DNA from: Candidatus Latescibacterota bacterium
Lineage (GTDB): Bacteria; Latescibacterota; UBA2968; UBA8231
Direction of reading: 5' to 3'
NCBI GenBank assembly: GCA_965208105.1
Contig: OZ242318.1
Span: 1,824,001 to 1,888,000, forward strand
Length of the DNA stretch: 64,000 nt
The notes under the pieces are model-generated. The model saw only the letters and a program-made list of their open reading frames with translations, ran no database searches and was not told the DNA's origin. Made by a program: the position numbers and the translations under genes. The number at the start of each line of letters is the position of its first letter. Position 1 is the first letter of the stretch. Positions 43,813-54,174 of this stretch are shown here, piece by piece.

Positions 43813-43997
43813 CGCGAGTGTTCAGAGGGTCATAGCAGTAAGGAGGCTATTGTAGCAACGAGAGGTCGGCTTCCGTCCGTCCGGGAAGGGCTCAATGGCG
43901 TCCGTCAACCCCGAAAGAGATCATTAGTTGCCCAACCCAGGCGGCATCCATCCGAACAACTCTGAAAGACCGCAATCGATTATCAGGAACTTTACCA

Positions 43998-45380
43998 ATG
44001 GAAAATCAGACCGGAGCGATCATCGAACGCGGCCCGGAGGACTGGCAGATCGCACAGCAGGACGATGGCGGAACCGGGAGGATCGAGCTTGGGGGCAGGT
44101 GGAGGTCTGAGACCCCAGGACAGGTGGAGCTGCGCCTGGTGTGGGAGGATACGGGAGTGGCCGTCGCCGCCGGCCTTGACTGGCGGGAGGCTCTGACCGC
44201 TGAGGACGGCACCTGGAAAGCCGTGCTCGACGGCATCCCCGCAGGAGGGCTCTACCGGCTGGAAACGCGGCTGCGCACGGCGGAGAATCCGGCCGGGGAG
44301 TGGTCGCCCCGAGGGGACATGCGGCACTTTCTCGGAGTGGGCGACCTGTGGGTCATCGCCGGGCAGAGCAACTCGGCGGGATACGGCCGCGGGCCCTGCC
44401 AGGACCCGCCGGAGCTGGGAGTCCACCTGTTGCGCAACAGCGAGCGCTGGAGCCTGGCTTCCCACCCCATGAACGAGTCGACGGATACCCGGCACCCGGT
44501 CAACCGCGAGAACGCCAACCCGGGGCACTCGCCCTACCTGCAGTTCGGGCGAGTGCTCAAAAGGACGCTGTCCCATCCGGTGGGACTGGTGCAGACCGCC
44601 CTGGGCGGCTCGCCGCTCACCCGCTGGAACCCCTGCGAGCCCGGCCCGGCGGACCTGTTCGACAACATGGTGCGCTGCGTGGCCATGGCAGGGGGAAGAG
44701 TCCGGGGAATCCTGTGGTACCAGGGTGAGAGCGACACGGGCACCGACGCCGATGCTTCCACCTATGCCCGGCGCTTCGGACAGGCGGCGGCCGCCTGGCG
44801 CGAAGCCTTGAGCGACCCGGACCTGCCGGTGCTCACGGTGCAGTTGAACCGCGTCTACCAGCCCGCGGACCCGGACGCCGACAGGCGCTGGAGCCAGGTG
44901 CGCGAGGCGCAGCGCAGTGCGGCCGGACCGTCGGCGGGCACAGCGGTGGTGCCGGCCCTGGACCTGCCCCTGTCGGACCACATCCACACCAGTCCCGCCG
45001 GCAACATGCTCCTGGGCGAGCGCCTGGCGCATGCCGCCCTGGGGCTGGTCTACGGCCGGGAGGTAACCTGGAAGGCCCCTGACCTGGCGCATGCCCGGCG
45101 GCGCGGTGACCGGGTCGAGCTGGAGTTCGAGAACGTGGCGAGCCGCATGGACGCCGTCGACCCCGAGGCCAACAGCTTCCGGATCGAGGACGAGACCGGA
45201 GAGGTGTCCATCGCCGAGGTGGCCTATCCCCAGGATCACAGGATCGAGCTGGTCCTGCAAAGGCCGCTGCAGGGGGCTGCCCGGGTCCACGGCGGCTACG
45301 GCATGGCCCCGGCCACCGTGCCGGCTGACATGGAGCGCTTTCTGCCCATGCTGGCCTTCTGGAACGTGGAGATTCCCTGA
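43998..45380 (+). CDS. Sialate O-acetylesterase/CE6 SGNH hydrolase
   Basis: IAGQSNS, GILWYQGESD, DHIH. Confidence 0.87.
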   Translation: MENQTGAIIERGPEDWQIAQQDDGGTGRIELGGRWRSETPGQVELRLVWEDTGVAVAAGLDWREALTAEDGTWKAVLDGIPAGGLYRLETRLRTAENPAGEWSPRGDMRHFLGVGDLWVIAGQSNSAGYGRGPCQDPPELGVHLLRNSERWSLASHPMNESTDTRHPVNRENANPGHSPYLQFGRVLKRTLSHPVGLVQTALGGSPLTRWNPCEPGPADLFDNMVRCVAMAGGRVRGILWYQGESDTGTDADASTYARRFGQAAAAWREALSDPDLPVLTVQLNRVYQPADPDADRRWSQVREAQRSAAGPSAGTAVVPALDLPLSDHIHTSPAGNMLLGERLAHAALGLVYGREVTWKAPDLAHARRRGDRVELEFENVASRMDAVDPEANSFRIEDETGEVSIAEVAYPQDHRIELVLQRPLQGAARVHGGYGMAPATVPADMERFLPMLAFWNVEIP

Positions 45381-45491
45381 TGATCGCACGCCCGTGTCCC
45401 GGGCTCGCTCTAGTCGGCGGGAGGCTGGTTCGGGACCCCGAAAGGGCGGAACTGCTTACCTCGGAACATTCGGCGGGCAAGGACTCGAGCC

Positions 45492-46466
45492 ATGAATAGA
45501 GAAAGAGCAAACCCGAACCACCTGGACCAGGAAATTCTCATAGAGCGGATCGAGAAGATTTTCTCGGACGGAAGATGGAACGGCCGCGCGGAGATCGCGT
45601 TCTGGAACGGCCATTACTACATGCCGTTTCGCTCAGGTTCGGAGCACGAGTCGTCGGACGGCAAGATCATGATGCTGAGATCCGTATCCCGCGAGCCAAG
45701 AGGGTGGAGCCTTCACAGCATGATCGACACTCCCGGGGACGATGACGAGGTACATATCCTCACCGATTCCGACAGGATGGTTGCATACATTCCTCACGAG
45801 GAGGAAAACTCGAGCATTGGTGTCGCCAGCTCCACCCTGGTCACCCAGAGCAAAGACGGCATCACCTGGACCGATCCACTGCCGGCCTACGAGGAGGGGT
45901 TCTCGTTCTGGAAGCCGATATCCCGCGCGGGAGCGCACTACCTGGCCGCCGACACCGCGGCGGGAGGAGGAAGAGTCGATCTGCTGAAATCCGCAGACGG
46001 GGTGAACTGGCAGAAGGTGTCGACCATCATCGAAGGCGGCTTTACCGAGACGGCCCTGGTCTTTCTCCGGGACCATACCCTGGCCGCCTTCATCCGCCAG
46101 GGCCGGGTTGCCCTTTCACCGCCACCCTACGTGAACTGGACGATCCACGAGATCCCGCCTCTCGGAGGTCCGGCGGCGGCCCGGGTGGGCAGCCTGATCC
46201 TGGTCGGTGGACGCACCTCCGCCCGGCGCTTTCCCGACGACCAGCCAGGCGAGTCGCGCACCGGGCTGTTCGCCTTCGACCCGGACGCGAAAAAGCTGAA
46301 CTGGAAGATGAACATGCTGACCCAGTGGGGAGGCGACGAATCCTATCCACATTTCTGCAGGATCGACCAGCGGCGGGCGCTGATGGTCTGGTACAGCGGC
46401 GAGGAGTACGAGCGCGGAGTTCCCAAACAGGCCGATCTTCTGCTGGCCACCCTCAGGGTTCAGTAG
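45492..46466 (+). CDS. Sialidase-like (BNR/Asp-box) beta-propeller protein
   Basis: SKDGITW and SADGVNW Asp-boxes, FRSGSEH, GDESYP. Confidence 0.65.
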   Translation: MNRERANPNHLDQEILIERIEKIFSDGRWNGRAEIAFWNGHYYMPFRSGSEHESSDGKIMMLRSVSREPRGWSLHSMIDTPGDDDEVHILTDSDRMVAYIPHEEENSSIGVASSTLVTQSKDGITWTDPLPAYEEGFSFWKPISRAGAHYLAADTAAGGGRVDLLKSADGVNWQKVSTIIEGGFTETALVFLRDHTLAAFIRQGRVALSPPPYVNWTIHEIPPLGGPAAARVGSLILVGGRTSARRFPDDQPGESRTGLFAFDPDAKKLNWKMNMLTQWGGDESYPHFCRIDQRRALMVWYSGEEYERGVPKQADLLLATLRVQ

Positions 46467-46570
46467 TGAATGTCCGGGAGGGGATCAGGGCAGTACCCCA
46501 TTGCCCAGGCTCTCAACCTGGCATAAGTTATTGACCATCAATAGGTCGCTAACCGGAGGTTTCCTACCTC

Positions 46571-47587
46571 ATGGTGAAATTCATTCCATATTTTATCACA
46601 CTGACCTTGCTTTTTTCAGCAGGGTATGGCACGGAGCAATCACCTTATCGGATTTTCTTTCTATCCGACCGCGATCGTCAAGGTCAGGGTCAGGCCGGGG
46701 GACCCGGTTCATTTGTCAGTTTATTTGACTATTTTTTAATGAATCCGAATGGGACCGATCAGGTCAAATTGACCGAAGCCCAGCGTTCGAACCTTTGGGT
46801 TTCTCTCTCGGCCGAGAGATCGCCCGATGGAAGCAAGCTTCTCTTCATGACCTTTCATCCAAATGGTGCCGCGGATGATATCGTTCTGCTGAATCCGGAC
46901 GGGACTGTCCAGGCCAAGTTGACCGACAACCAGTGGAGAGACTTTGACCCTACCTGGTCTCCGGATGGGAGCAAAATCGCCTTTGGCTCAAACCGCGATG
47001 CATATGCCCACAAAAAGGGTGAAGATATTTTCGTGATGGACGCCGATGGCACGAACCAGGTTAATTTGACCCAGAGCCCCGACAGCCGCGATGTTGACCC
47101 CCAGTGGTCTCTCGACGGAAGGAAAATCGTTTTTGCCTCCGATCGCCATGGGAGCTGGAATATTCATATTATGAATCCGGATGGAACCGGCCAAACCAAT
47201 CTGACCTCAGGTCTGGACTCGGATAAGCATCCCCAATGGTTTCCGGATGGAAGCAAAATCGCTTTTACCAGATTCTATCCCGAAAGCGGCCCAACAAACA
47301 TACTGGCGGTGGACCAGGACGGGACGAACCTGATCCATCTGACCAGCCACGAGGGGAATGACATGAGGTTCTCGTGGTCTCCGGACGGAAGCAAAATCCT
47401 CTTCGATTCGGACCGCGACGGCAACAGGGACATTTTCGTGATGGACTCGAACGGAATGAACCTGGTCAATTTGACCGGCAACTATCCTGGAGAAGATTTA
47501 GGGGCAAACTGGGTCGCAGCCGGGATTATCCCCCCGACAAATGTCACCACCAATTCATGGGGGCAGGTGAAGGCCGGATTTCGCTGA
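46571..47587 (+). CDS. Secreted TolB-like PD40-repeat protein with C-terminal SWGQVK motif
   Basis: About five W/RSPDGSKIAF-type repeats; hydrophobic N-terminus; ends TNVTTNSWGQVKAGFR. Confidence 0.85.
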   Translation: MVKFIPYFITLTLLFSAGYGTEQSPYRIFFLSDRDRQGQGQAGGPGSFVSLFDYFLMNPNGTDQVKLTEAQRSNLWVSLSAERSPDGSKLLFMTFHPNGAADDIVLLNPDGTVQAKLTDNQWRDFDPTWSPDGSKIAFGSNRDAYAHKKGEDIFVMDADGTNQVNLTQSPDSRDVDPQWSLDGRKIVFASDRHGSWNIHIMNPDGTGQTNLTSGLDSDKHPQWFPDGSKIAFTRFYPESGPTNILAVDQDGTNLIHLTSHEGNDMRFSWSPDGSKILFDSDRDGNRDIFVMDSNGMNLVNLTGNYPGEDLGANWVAAGIIPPTNVTTNSWGQVKAGFR

Positions 47588-47728
47588 TCCTCATTGAAAC
47601 GGCCGAAGCTCCGCAGCCATGACGGCCTGGTATCAGCTTGGAAAAATCCGGATCGGACCCGGAAGACAGGAAGGCAACAGAGTCCGAATCCGCAACCGAG
47701 AGGAAGACACAGCGGCAGACAATCTGCA

Positions 47729-48355
47729 ATGAACGTCGCCAACCATCGCCTCGCCGACACCGCCTTCATCGAATCGCCCAACCAGGGCGGCCCCTTTGCC
47801 CCGGGGCTTCCGGACACCATCGTCATTCACTTCACCTCAGGCGCCAGCGCCGAGTCGGCTGTTCAGACTCTCTGCGACCGCGAGCGCAGGGTCTCTGCCC
47901 ACCTGGTCGTCGGCCGCGACGGCAGGGTGACCCAGCTTCTGCCCTTCAACATCGTCGGCTGGCACGCCGGACGCAGCCGCTGGGGCGAGCGCACCGGCCT
48001 CAACCGCTACTCCCTCGGCATCGAGGTAGACAATGCCGGCCAGCTCTGGAGGCGGGACGGCCGCTACCAGTCCTGGTTCGGACAGACCTACCCGGCGGCG
48101 GAGGTGGTGCGCGGGACTCACCGCAACCAGGGTTTGCCCGGCGCCCATCCGGACATTCTCCAGCCGGTATCCTATTGGCACCGCTACGGGCAAATCCAGC
48201 TTCAGGTGGTGGAGGACACCTGCGCCGCGCTGATTGCTGCCTACGGCATTCGTCACCTTCTCGGCCACGAGGAGATCGCCCCCGACAGAAAGGTCGATCC
48301 CGGTCCGGCTTTCCCCCTGGACGAAATGCGCGCCCGCCTTCTGGCCATCGCCTGA
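47729..48355 (+). CDS. N-acetylmuramoyl-L-alanine amidase (Amidase_2, AmpD-like)
   Basis: IVIHFT, VSAH, WHAG, SLGIE, GHEEIAPDRKVDPG. Confidence 0.9.
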   Translation: MNVANHRLADTAFIESPNQGGPFAPGLPDTIVIHFTSGASAESAVQTLCDRERRVSAHLVVGRDGRVTQLLPFNIVGWHAGRSRWGERTGLNRYSLGIEVDNAGQLWRRDGRYQSWFGQTYPAAEVVRGTHRNQGLPGAHPDILQPVSYWHRYGQIQLQVVEDTCAALIAAYGIRHLLGHEEIAPDRKVDPGPAFPLDEMRARLLAIA

Positions 48356-48399
48356 ATGGCCAACGAACGTCAACCGAAACCCCGGGAGACCCGGAACCC

Positions 48400-49380
48400 T
48401 TGGTCCAACATACACCTGCCATCGATGTCCGCGAGTTGAGCAAGACCTATGCCGTGCCCGTGCGCGAAGCGGGCCTGGGCGCGGCGCTCAGGAGCCTCCT
48501 CCGTCGCCGCACCCGCCTGGTCGAGGCGGTCAGGGAAATCAGCTTCTCGGTCTCACCTGGTGAGATCGTCGGCTTCCTGGGGCCCAACGGCGCCGGCAAG
48601 ACCACGACTCTCAAGATGCTGTCGGGCCTCCTGCATCCCTCCGGGGGCCGGGGCCTGGTACTGGGCTTCGAGCCCTTCAAGAGGCAGCGCGATTTCCTGC
48701 GCCGCATCACCCTGGTGATGGGCAACCGCAACCAGCTGATCTGGGACATCCCCGTGCTCGATTCCTTCGAGCGCAACCGGGCAATCTACCGCATCGAACG
48801 CGGCGCCTACCGGCAGACGGTGGAAGAGCTGACCGAGCTGCTGGACCTGGATGACCTGCTCGACAAGCCGGTGCGCAACCTCTCCCTGGGCGAGCGCATG
48901 AAATGCGAAGTAGCCGCCGCCCTCCTGCACAAACCCCAGGTCCTCTTTCTCGACGAGCCGACCATCGGCCTCGACGTCACCATGCAGCGCCGGATTCGCG
49001 CCTTCCTGGCCGAATACAACCGGCGCTACGGCGCCACCGTGCTCCTCACCAGCCACTACATGGCCGACGTCGAGGCTCTGTGCAGGCGGGTGGTGGTCAT
49101 CCACCGCGGCCTGCTGCTCTTCGACGGCCAGCTCACCGGGCTGGTGCGGCGCTTCTCGCCCCACAAGACCATCGTGGTCGAACTGGGAAACGGGCACGAA
49201 GACCTGGGCGAATATGGCGAGGTGGTGTCCAGCAGCGAGGGGCGGGTGGCGTTGCGGGTGCCCAAGGAGGAGGCCGCCCAGGTGACCGGGCGGCTCCTCA
49301 GGGAACAGCCGGTCCTCGACCTGACGGTGGAGGACCCGACCATCGAAGAGGTGATCGAAGAGGTCTTCGAGGGGGCATGA
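48400..49380 (+). CDS. ABC transporter ATP-binding protein
   Basis: GPNGAGKTT, LSLGERM, LDEPTIGLD; TTG start inferred. Confidence 0.9.
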   Translation: MVQHTPAIDVRELSKTYAVPVREAGLGAALRSLLRRRTRLVEAVREISFSVSPGEIVGFLGPNGAGKTTTLKMLSGLLHPSGGRGLVLGFEPFKRQRDFLRRITLVMGNRNQLIWDIPVLDSFERNRAIYRIERGAYRQTVEELTELLDLDDLLDKPVRNLSLGERMKCEVAAALLHKPQVLFLDEPTIGLDVTMQRRIRAFLAEYNRRYGATVLLTSHYMADVEALCRRVVVIHRGLLLFDGQLTGLVRRFSPHKTIVVELGNGHEDLGEYGEVVSSSEGRVALRVPKEEAAQVTGRLLREQPVLDLTVEDPTIEEVIEEVFEGA

Positions 49381-50180
49381 GAGGCCTGCCCGACATCTAC
49401 GCAACCCTCTTCCGCACCGACCTGGCCCTGCAGCTCCAGTACCGGGCGGAGATGGTGATCTGGCTGATAAACCGCATCGTCGAAGCGCTGGTCTTTCTGT
49501 CGGTGTGGAGCGCGGTTGCCCGCTCCCAGGGCGGGCAGGTGGGGGGCTTCTCCAGCGCCGACTTCGCCGCCTACTACATCACCATGATGATGATGGGACA
49601 CCTGACCTTCACCTGGTTCATGTTCGAATTCGAATACCGGGTGCGGTCGGGGGCCTTCTCTCCCCTGCTTCTCCAGCCGCTCCACCCGATCCACCGTGAC
49701 ATAGCCATTAACCTCGCATACAAGTTCCTGACCCTGACGGTGATGCTTCCGACAATGGGCCTGATGGTGTGGATCTTCGATCCGGCCTTCGACCCTCCGG
49801 CCTGGGCGGTCTGGGCCTGCATTCCCGTCGTCCTGCTGGCTTTCCTGATGCGCTTCTTCGTCGAGTGGGCCCTGGCCCTGGTGGCCCTGTGGACCACGCG
49901 CACCGCAGCCGCCAACCAGATCTACTTCGCCGCCCTGCTTTTCTTCTCGGGGCAGATGGCGCCCCTGTCGCTTTTGCCCGGGTGGCTGCAGACCCTGGCC
50001 GCGATGTTGCCCTTCCGCTGGATGCTGGCCTTCCCCACCGAACTCCTGCTCGGGCGCCTCACCCCGGCCGACGTGCTATGGGGGGTTGCAGCCCAGGTCA
50101 CGTGGCTGTTCCTGAGCTGGGGACTCCTTGCGCTGGTCTGGTCGCGCGGCCTGCGCAGATACTCGGCGGTGGGCTCGTGA
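49377..50180 (+). CDS. ABC-2 family permease (DUF990-like)
   Basis: LQYRAE, FFSG..APL, LPF; ATGA overlap. Confidence 0.85.
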   Translation: MRGLPDIYATLFRTDLALQLQYRAEMVIWLINRIVEALVFLSVWSAVARSQGGQVGGFSSADFAAYYITMMMMGHLTFTWFMFEFEYRVRSGAFSPLLLQPLHPIHRDIAINLAYKFLTLTVMLPTMGLMVWIFDPAFDPPAWAVWACIPVVLLAFLMRFFVEWALALVALWTTRTAAANQIYFAALLFFSGQMAPLSLLPGWLQTLAAMLPFRWMLAFPTELLLGRLTPADVLWGVAAQVTWLFLSWGLLALVWSRGLRRYSAVGS

Positions 50181-50962
50181 ACTATCTGCGCCTGCTGTGG
50201 GTTTTCCTGCGCGTCAGCGCCATGAACGAGCTGGCCTACCGGGCCAACTTCTGGGTGCAGCTTCTGCAGAGCCTGCTCAATCTTGGGGTGGCGCTTGCGG
50301 GTCTGGCGGTGATTTTCTCGCACACCGATGAACTGGGCGGCTGGCGCCCGGCCGAGCTGGTGGCTCTTCTGGGGGTCTTCTTCCTGATGAGCGGCCTGAT
50401 CGGCGCCCTGATCCAGCCCTCCATGCAGCGCTTCATGGAGGATGTGCGCATGGGCACTCTGGACTTCACTCTCACCAAGCCGGAGGACGCGCAGGTGCTG
50501 GTAAGCATCGGCGAGATGCGGATCTGGAAATTCCTGGACGCGGTGCAGGGAGCGGCCTTGATTGCGGTCGCCCTGGTCGAGATCGGGATGCGGACGGGTC
50601 TGGCTCACGCGGCGGGGTTCGCCCTGACCCTGGGCGCCGGGGCCGCCATCGTCTACAGCTTCTGGCTGGTGCTGGCAACGACTACTTTCTGGTTCATCAA
50701 GGTGGAGAACATCCTGGTGATCTTCCAGTCCGTGTACCGCGCCGGCATGTACCCGGTGACCATCTATCCGCGCTGGCTCAGGATGGCGATGACCTTCCTC
50801 GTGCCGGTGGCCTTCGCGGTGACGGTGCCCTCGGAGGCGCTTGTGGGCCGGTTGACCCCGGAGGTATTGGCGGGATCCGTGGCGATGGCGGCGGGCATGC
50901 TGGCGGGGTCGCGGGCGTTCTGGTTGTGGGGTGTGCGTCGCTACTCGGGGGCATCGGCCTAG
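50177..50962 (+). CDS. ABC-2 family permease (DUF990-like)
   Basis: AYRANF, GTLDFTLTKP, YPVTIYP; GTGA overlap. Confidence 0.85.
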   Translation: MNYLRLLWVFLRVSAMNELAYRANFWVQLLQSLLNLGVALAGLAVIFSHTDELGGWRPAELVALLGVFFLMSGLIGALIQPSMQRFMEDVRMGTLDFTLTKPEDAQVLVSIGEMRIWKFLDAVQGAALIAVALVEIGMRTGLAHAAGFALTLGAGAAIVYSFWLVLATTTFWFIKVENILVIFQSVYRAGMYPVTIYPRWLRMAMTFLVPVAFAVTVPSEALVGRLTPEVLAGSVAMAAGMLAGSRAFWLWGVRRYSGASA

Positions 50963-50996
50963 GGAGGCTGAAACAGGTCACTTTGTTGAACGAGGA

Positions 50997-51443
50997 TCAG
51001 CAGCTCCGAGTCCTCTGCCTGCCGAACTTTTTCAGGGTCTCTTCGAACACCCGGCGCATACTCGTCCTGGCCAGGCCGAGCTGCGTCCCTTCCACCAGTG
51101 CCTTTTCCATCAGCTTGCGAACGATATTCAGCCGCTCTTCGGCGCTCATGGAGACCCCCTTTTCAGCGACGTATGTCCCCAGACCGCGCCTTTTGTAGAT
51201 GACCCCCTCGCGCTCCAATTCCAGGTAGGCGCGAGCGACTGTGTTCGGGTTGATCAGCTGGGCGCTGGCCAGGGTTCGCACCGAGGGCAGTTCGTCGCCG
51301 GCTTTGAGGGTGCCAGTGGCAATGCGGTACTTGATCTGCTCGATCAGTTGCAGATAAATCGGCACTCCCCCTGTGGTTTCGAGGCGCAGATGCAGCGCGT
51401 CACCTCCGCGTGCGAACTCGCTTTTCCCGCTTCTATCCATCAA
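50997..51443 (-). CDS. GntR family, YtrA-subfamily transcriptional regulator
   Basis: PIYLQL, LPSVRTLA, INPNTVARAY..LEREG, RRGLGTYV; short C-terminus. Confidence 0.9.
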   Translation of the reverse strand: MMDRSGKSEFARGGDALHLRLETTGGVPIYLQLIEQIKYRIATGTLKAGDELPSVRTLASAQLINPNTVARAYLELEREGVIYKRRGLGTYVAEKGVSMSAEERLNIVRKLMEKALVEGTQLGLARTSMRRVFEETLKKFGRQRTRSC

Positions 51444-51483
51444 GGCCCCCAGGGCGGAAAGGTCTCCCAGTACAAAACAAGTG

Positions 51484-51515
51484 ATTCACTGTATTAATTC
51501 ATTAATACAGCGAAT
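51484..51515. promoter_or_regulatory. Palindromic YtrA-type operator
   Basis: CTGTATTAAT-TC-ATTAATACAG perfect 10-bp inverted repeat (51489-51510) extended by ATTCA/CGAAT. Confidence 0.8.
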
Positions 51516-51517
51516 GT

Positions 51518-51546
51518 AGTATAGTGCTATGGCCAAGCCTTGTCAA
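51518..51546 (-). promoter_or_regulatory. Sigma70 promoter of the GntR gene
   Basis: TTGACA-17 bp-TATACT on the minus strand. Confidence 0.8.
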
Positions 51547-51803
51547 GCTTTTTGGCAAAGCTGCCATGGCGAGAGTTCTCCATCAAGTGGTAGAAATCGA
51601 GCCAGGAACGATACTGGGGACGGCAAAACCTAGGACATCATGAGATTTTCACGAGCCAGTGGCTGTAATTCGCCGGAGTCGGAAAAATTCCGCCCCAGTC
51701 GGACAGCCGAAGGGGGCAGGGGCAATGGAGTTGCCCAAGGCGTTTAGCCGCGGGTGTGCGGGCCGTTGTCATTCTCCGATCCGGCTTTTGTCTGGTCATG
51801 CGT

Positions 51804-52913
51804 CTAGCCGCGGCTGCGCGGACCGTTCAGCATGGTCCCGATCAGAGTATAGCGCACTACCAGTTGATAGACGCCGAGGAGAATGGCTGCGGCCGCGGCG
51901 CAGATCAGCGCCACTTTCAGGTGGACGTTGACGGACCGGCTCACAACCAGCATCTGTCCGCCGATCACCAGGGGCAAATGCCACAGGTACATCCAGTAGG
52001 ACGCATCCGATACGTAGCGCACCCAGTATCTCTCCCGGGCCGCGACGCAGCGGAAGAGCCCCATCAGTCCGAAGCACATGGCCCAGGTGAAGGCAACCCG
52101 AAGTACGGTGGATACCGCCCTGGCCCCTTCCATCTTCTCCCCCGGTGGCGGTTCGACATGAAGGAAGATCAAACCGGCGGGAAAGATCAGGATCAGGGCC
52201 GGGATGAGGGCGGCGGACCACCAGCGCCGCACGGCGATTTTGCGGCGGTTGAAGAATACCCCGAAAAGGAAGAAAATCAGGTAGTAGGCAAACACCTGGG
52301 GGGTCGGCATCAGGCCAACCGGCCTGTCGGCGCCGAAAACAGGCTCGTGCATGAGGTGCTGGGGCACCAGGGTGAGAGGGACGAGGAGCCACCAGAGGGT
52401 ATGGCGAAACTCGAGGCCCGCGCGGGCCGCGATGCTGAGCGCCGCCGCCATCAGCAGAAGATGCCAGAGGAACCACAAGTGTGCGAATCCCCCGAACCAG
52501 GCAACCGGCCAGTAGGTCAGCCTGAAGGCGCTGCCCATGAAGAGCCAGACAGTGATCGGGATGACCGTGAACATCCCCACCAGCAGAGGGATTCCGATGC
52601 GCCTGAGCCGGTGCCGCCACAGGCGGCGCAACCCGCGCGACTCCCACAGCATGCCCGAGAAGAATCCGCTGAGGAGGAAAAACAAGGGCATGCGGAAGCC
52701 GTGGATCACCGCGATGAGATATCCGTAAGGGTTCTTCGCAGGTTCCACCGAGTATCCCCATTTGTCGTGCACCGGCCAGAATTCGGCACCGGGCAGGAGG
52801 AAGATGGCGGCGTGCAGCACGATGCCCAGCAGCATGGCGAAGGCGCGCAGGGCGTCCAGGTCGTGCAGTCTGTTCCCGGGATCCCTGGAGTGTGACACCT
52901 CTTCACTTCTCAT
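51804..52913 (-). CDS. Acyltransferase-3 family (OpgC/MdoC-like)
   Basis: LDALRA, HGFRMPLFFLLSGFF, HLWFL, SYWMYLWH. Confidence 0.88.
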   Translation of the reverse strand: MRSEEVSHSRDPGNRLHDLDALRAFAMLLGIVLHAAIFLLPGAEFWPVHDKWGYSVEPAKNPYGYLIAVIHGFRMPLFFLLSGFFSGMLWESRGLRRLWRHRLRRIGIPLLVGMFTVIPITVWLFMGSAFRLTYWPVAWFGGFAHLWFLWHLLLMAAALSIAARAGLEFRHTLWWLLVPLTLVPQHLMHEPVFGADRPVGLMPTPQVFAYYLIFFLFGVFFNRRKIAVRRWWSAALIPALILIFPAGLIFLHVEPPPGEKMEGARAVSTVLRVAFTWAMCFGLMGLFRCVAARERYWVRYVSDASYWMYLWHLPLVIGGQMLVVSRSVNVHLKVALICAAAAAILLGVYQLVVRYTLIGTMLNGPRSRG

Positions 52914-52949
52914 AATCCTGAAAGTGGTCCTGGGGACGGCTCCTGGGCC

Positions 52950-53861
52950 TCAGGGGATCCCCAGCCGCTCCCTGAGGGCCGCGTCGCCGTTCCCGCTCAA
53001 TTTCCAGTAGGGTTCGCGCAAGGTTTCGATCAGCCTGCCCCGGCCTCCCCGGGAGTCCTCCCAGGCCAGAATCCGGCGAGGGTATTCCTTCTCCACCCAG
53101 ACCGCTTTGGGTCCCTCGCCAGTATCCCAGCGCCAGGGGATGGCCTCGAAGGACCTCTCCCCTATCACAATGGTCTCCGTTCGCCCCTTGGTCAAACTCG
53201 CCCGGACGGTTTCGTGGGGGCGGTGCCGCTGGCGCAGGGACCAGAAGCTGGGAAGCAGCGCCACTTCGACCTCTTCCCCAGCCGCCATGATGGGACCTCG
53301 GAGCTCGCGAATGCGGATCAGCAAGTGGTCTTCGCTGGCGAAGTCCGGCGGCAGGGCCATCTGGTAGGAATGGCGCCCCTCCCTCTCGAAATAGCTGTTG
53401 AGCTGGCCCTCCAGTCGGCCCCCGCGCACCTGCGCTTCGTCGTATACGTGGCCGCACCACTCCTGGGCGCTGAGTGAAATTTTGCGCAACTCGAAGGGCT
53501 CGTCTCCCCCTCCCTCCACCGCGCTGAAAACCGAGGTCATTACGGCGTAGTCATAGATTCCGGTGGCAAACTTGAGCAGGTTGTTCAGCTTGAGGACGTA
53601 GATGCGGTCCCCGGGGGAAGTGCGTGGCGACTCGACCTTGATCAGGGTATTGCGGTTGATGTCCTCGGTTACGAAGATCAGCACCCCGTACCCCTGCCTC
53701 AACTGACCGTAGCGCGGCTGCACCACTTCGTAGCTGGATATCTCCGCCTTTCCGTCTCCCCAGTGGGCGTAGAAATCCTGGCCCTCGGCGGCAACGGCCA
53801 CCACGGCGCCTGAACAGGCGGCGGCCAGCCCCATCCCGATCATCGATACAAATCCCGTCAT
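52950..53861 (-). CDS. Conserved secreted hypothetical protein
   Basis: Signal-like N-terminus, WGDGKAEISSY, IFVTE, GIYDY, QEWCG. Confidence 0.7.
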   Translation of the reverse strand: MTGFVSMIGMGLAAACSGAVVAVAAEGQDFYAHWGDGKAEISSYEVVQPRYGQLRQGYGVLIFVTEDINRNTLIKVESPRTSPGDRIYVLKLNNLLKFATGIYDYAVMTSVFSAVEGGGDEPFELRKISLSAQEWCGHVYDEAQVRGGRLEGQLNSYFEREGRHSYQMALPPDFASEDHLLIRIRELRGPIMAAGEEVEVALLPSFWSLRQRHRPHETVRASLTKGRTETIVIGERSFEAIPWRWDTGEGPKAVWVEKEYPRRILAWEDSRGGRGRLIETLREPYWKLSGNGDAALRERLGIP

Positions 53862-54174
53862 ATCTCTTCCTTTCAACGCGAACGAAGGAACCTCCATTTT
53901 GGTGATGCCACAACAGGCCTCCCGGTTTCCACGAGGGCGCCTTCGGAACCGCCGGCCCGCAGGAAATATTTCCTGCAGCGGGGCAGGCCACATATTGTTG
54001 GACTTGCTGACCTTCTGTCAATCCCGACAAACGAGGGAATGGCGGATCAATCAAAAATTCGCCCTTGCAAACATTTCTTTGGTGAAGCGAACATGCAGTG
54101 GGCGCGGCTCCGGTCCTCCTGCGGTAACTAGATATCGAAACAGGAGGTTATCAGATTCCCTCGGAAGAAATGTG

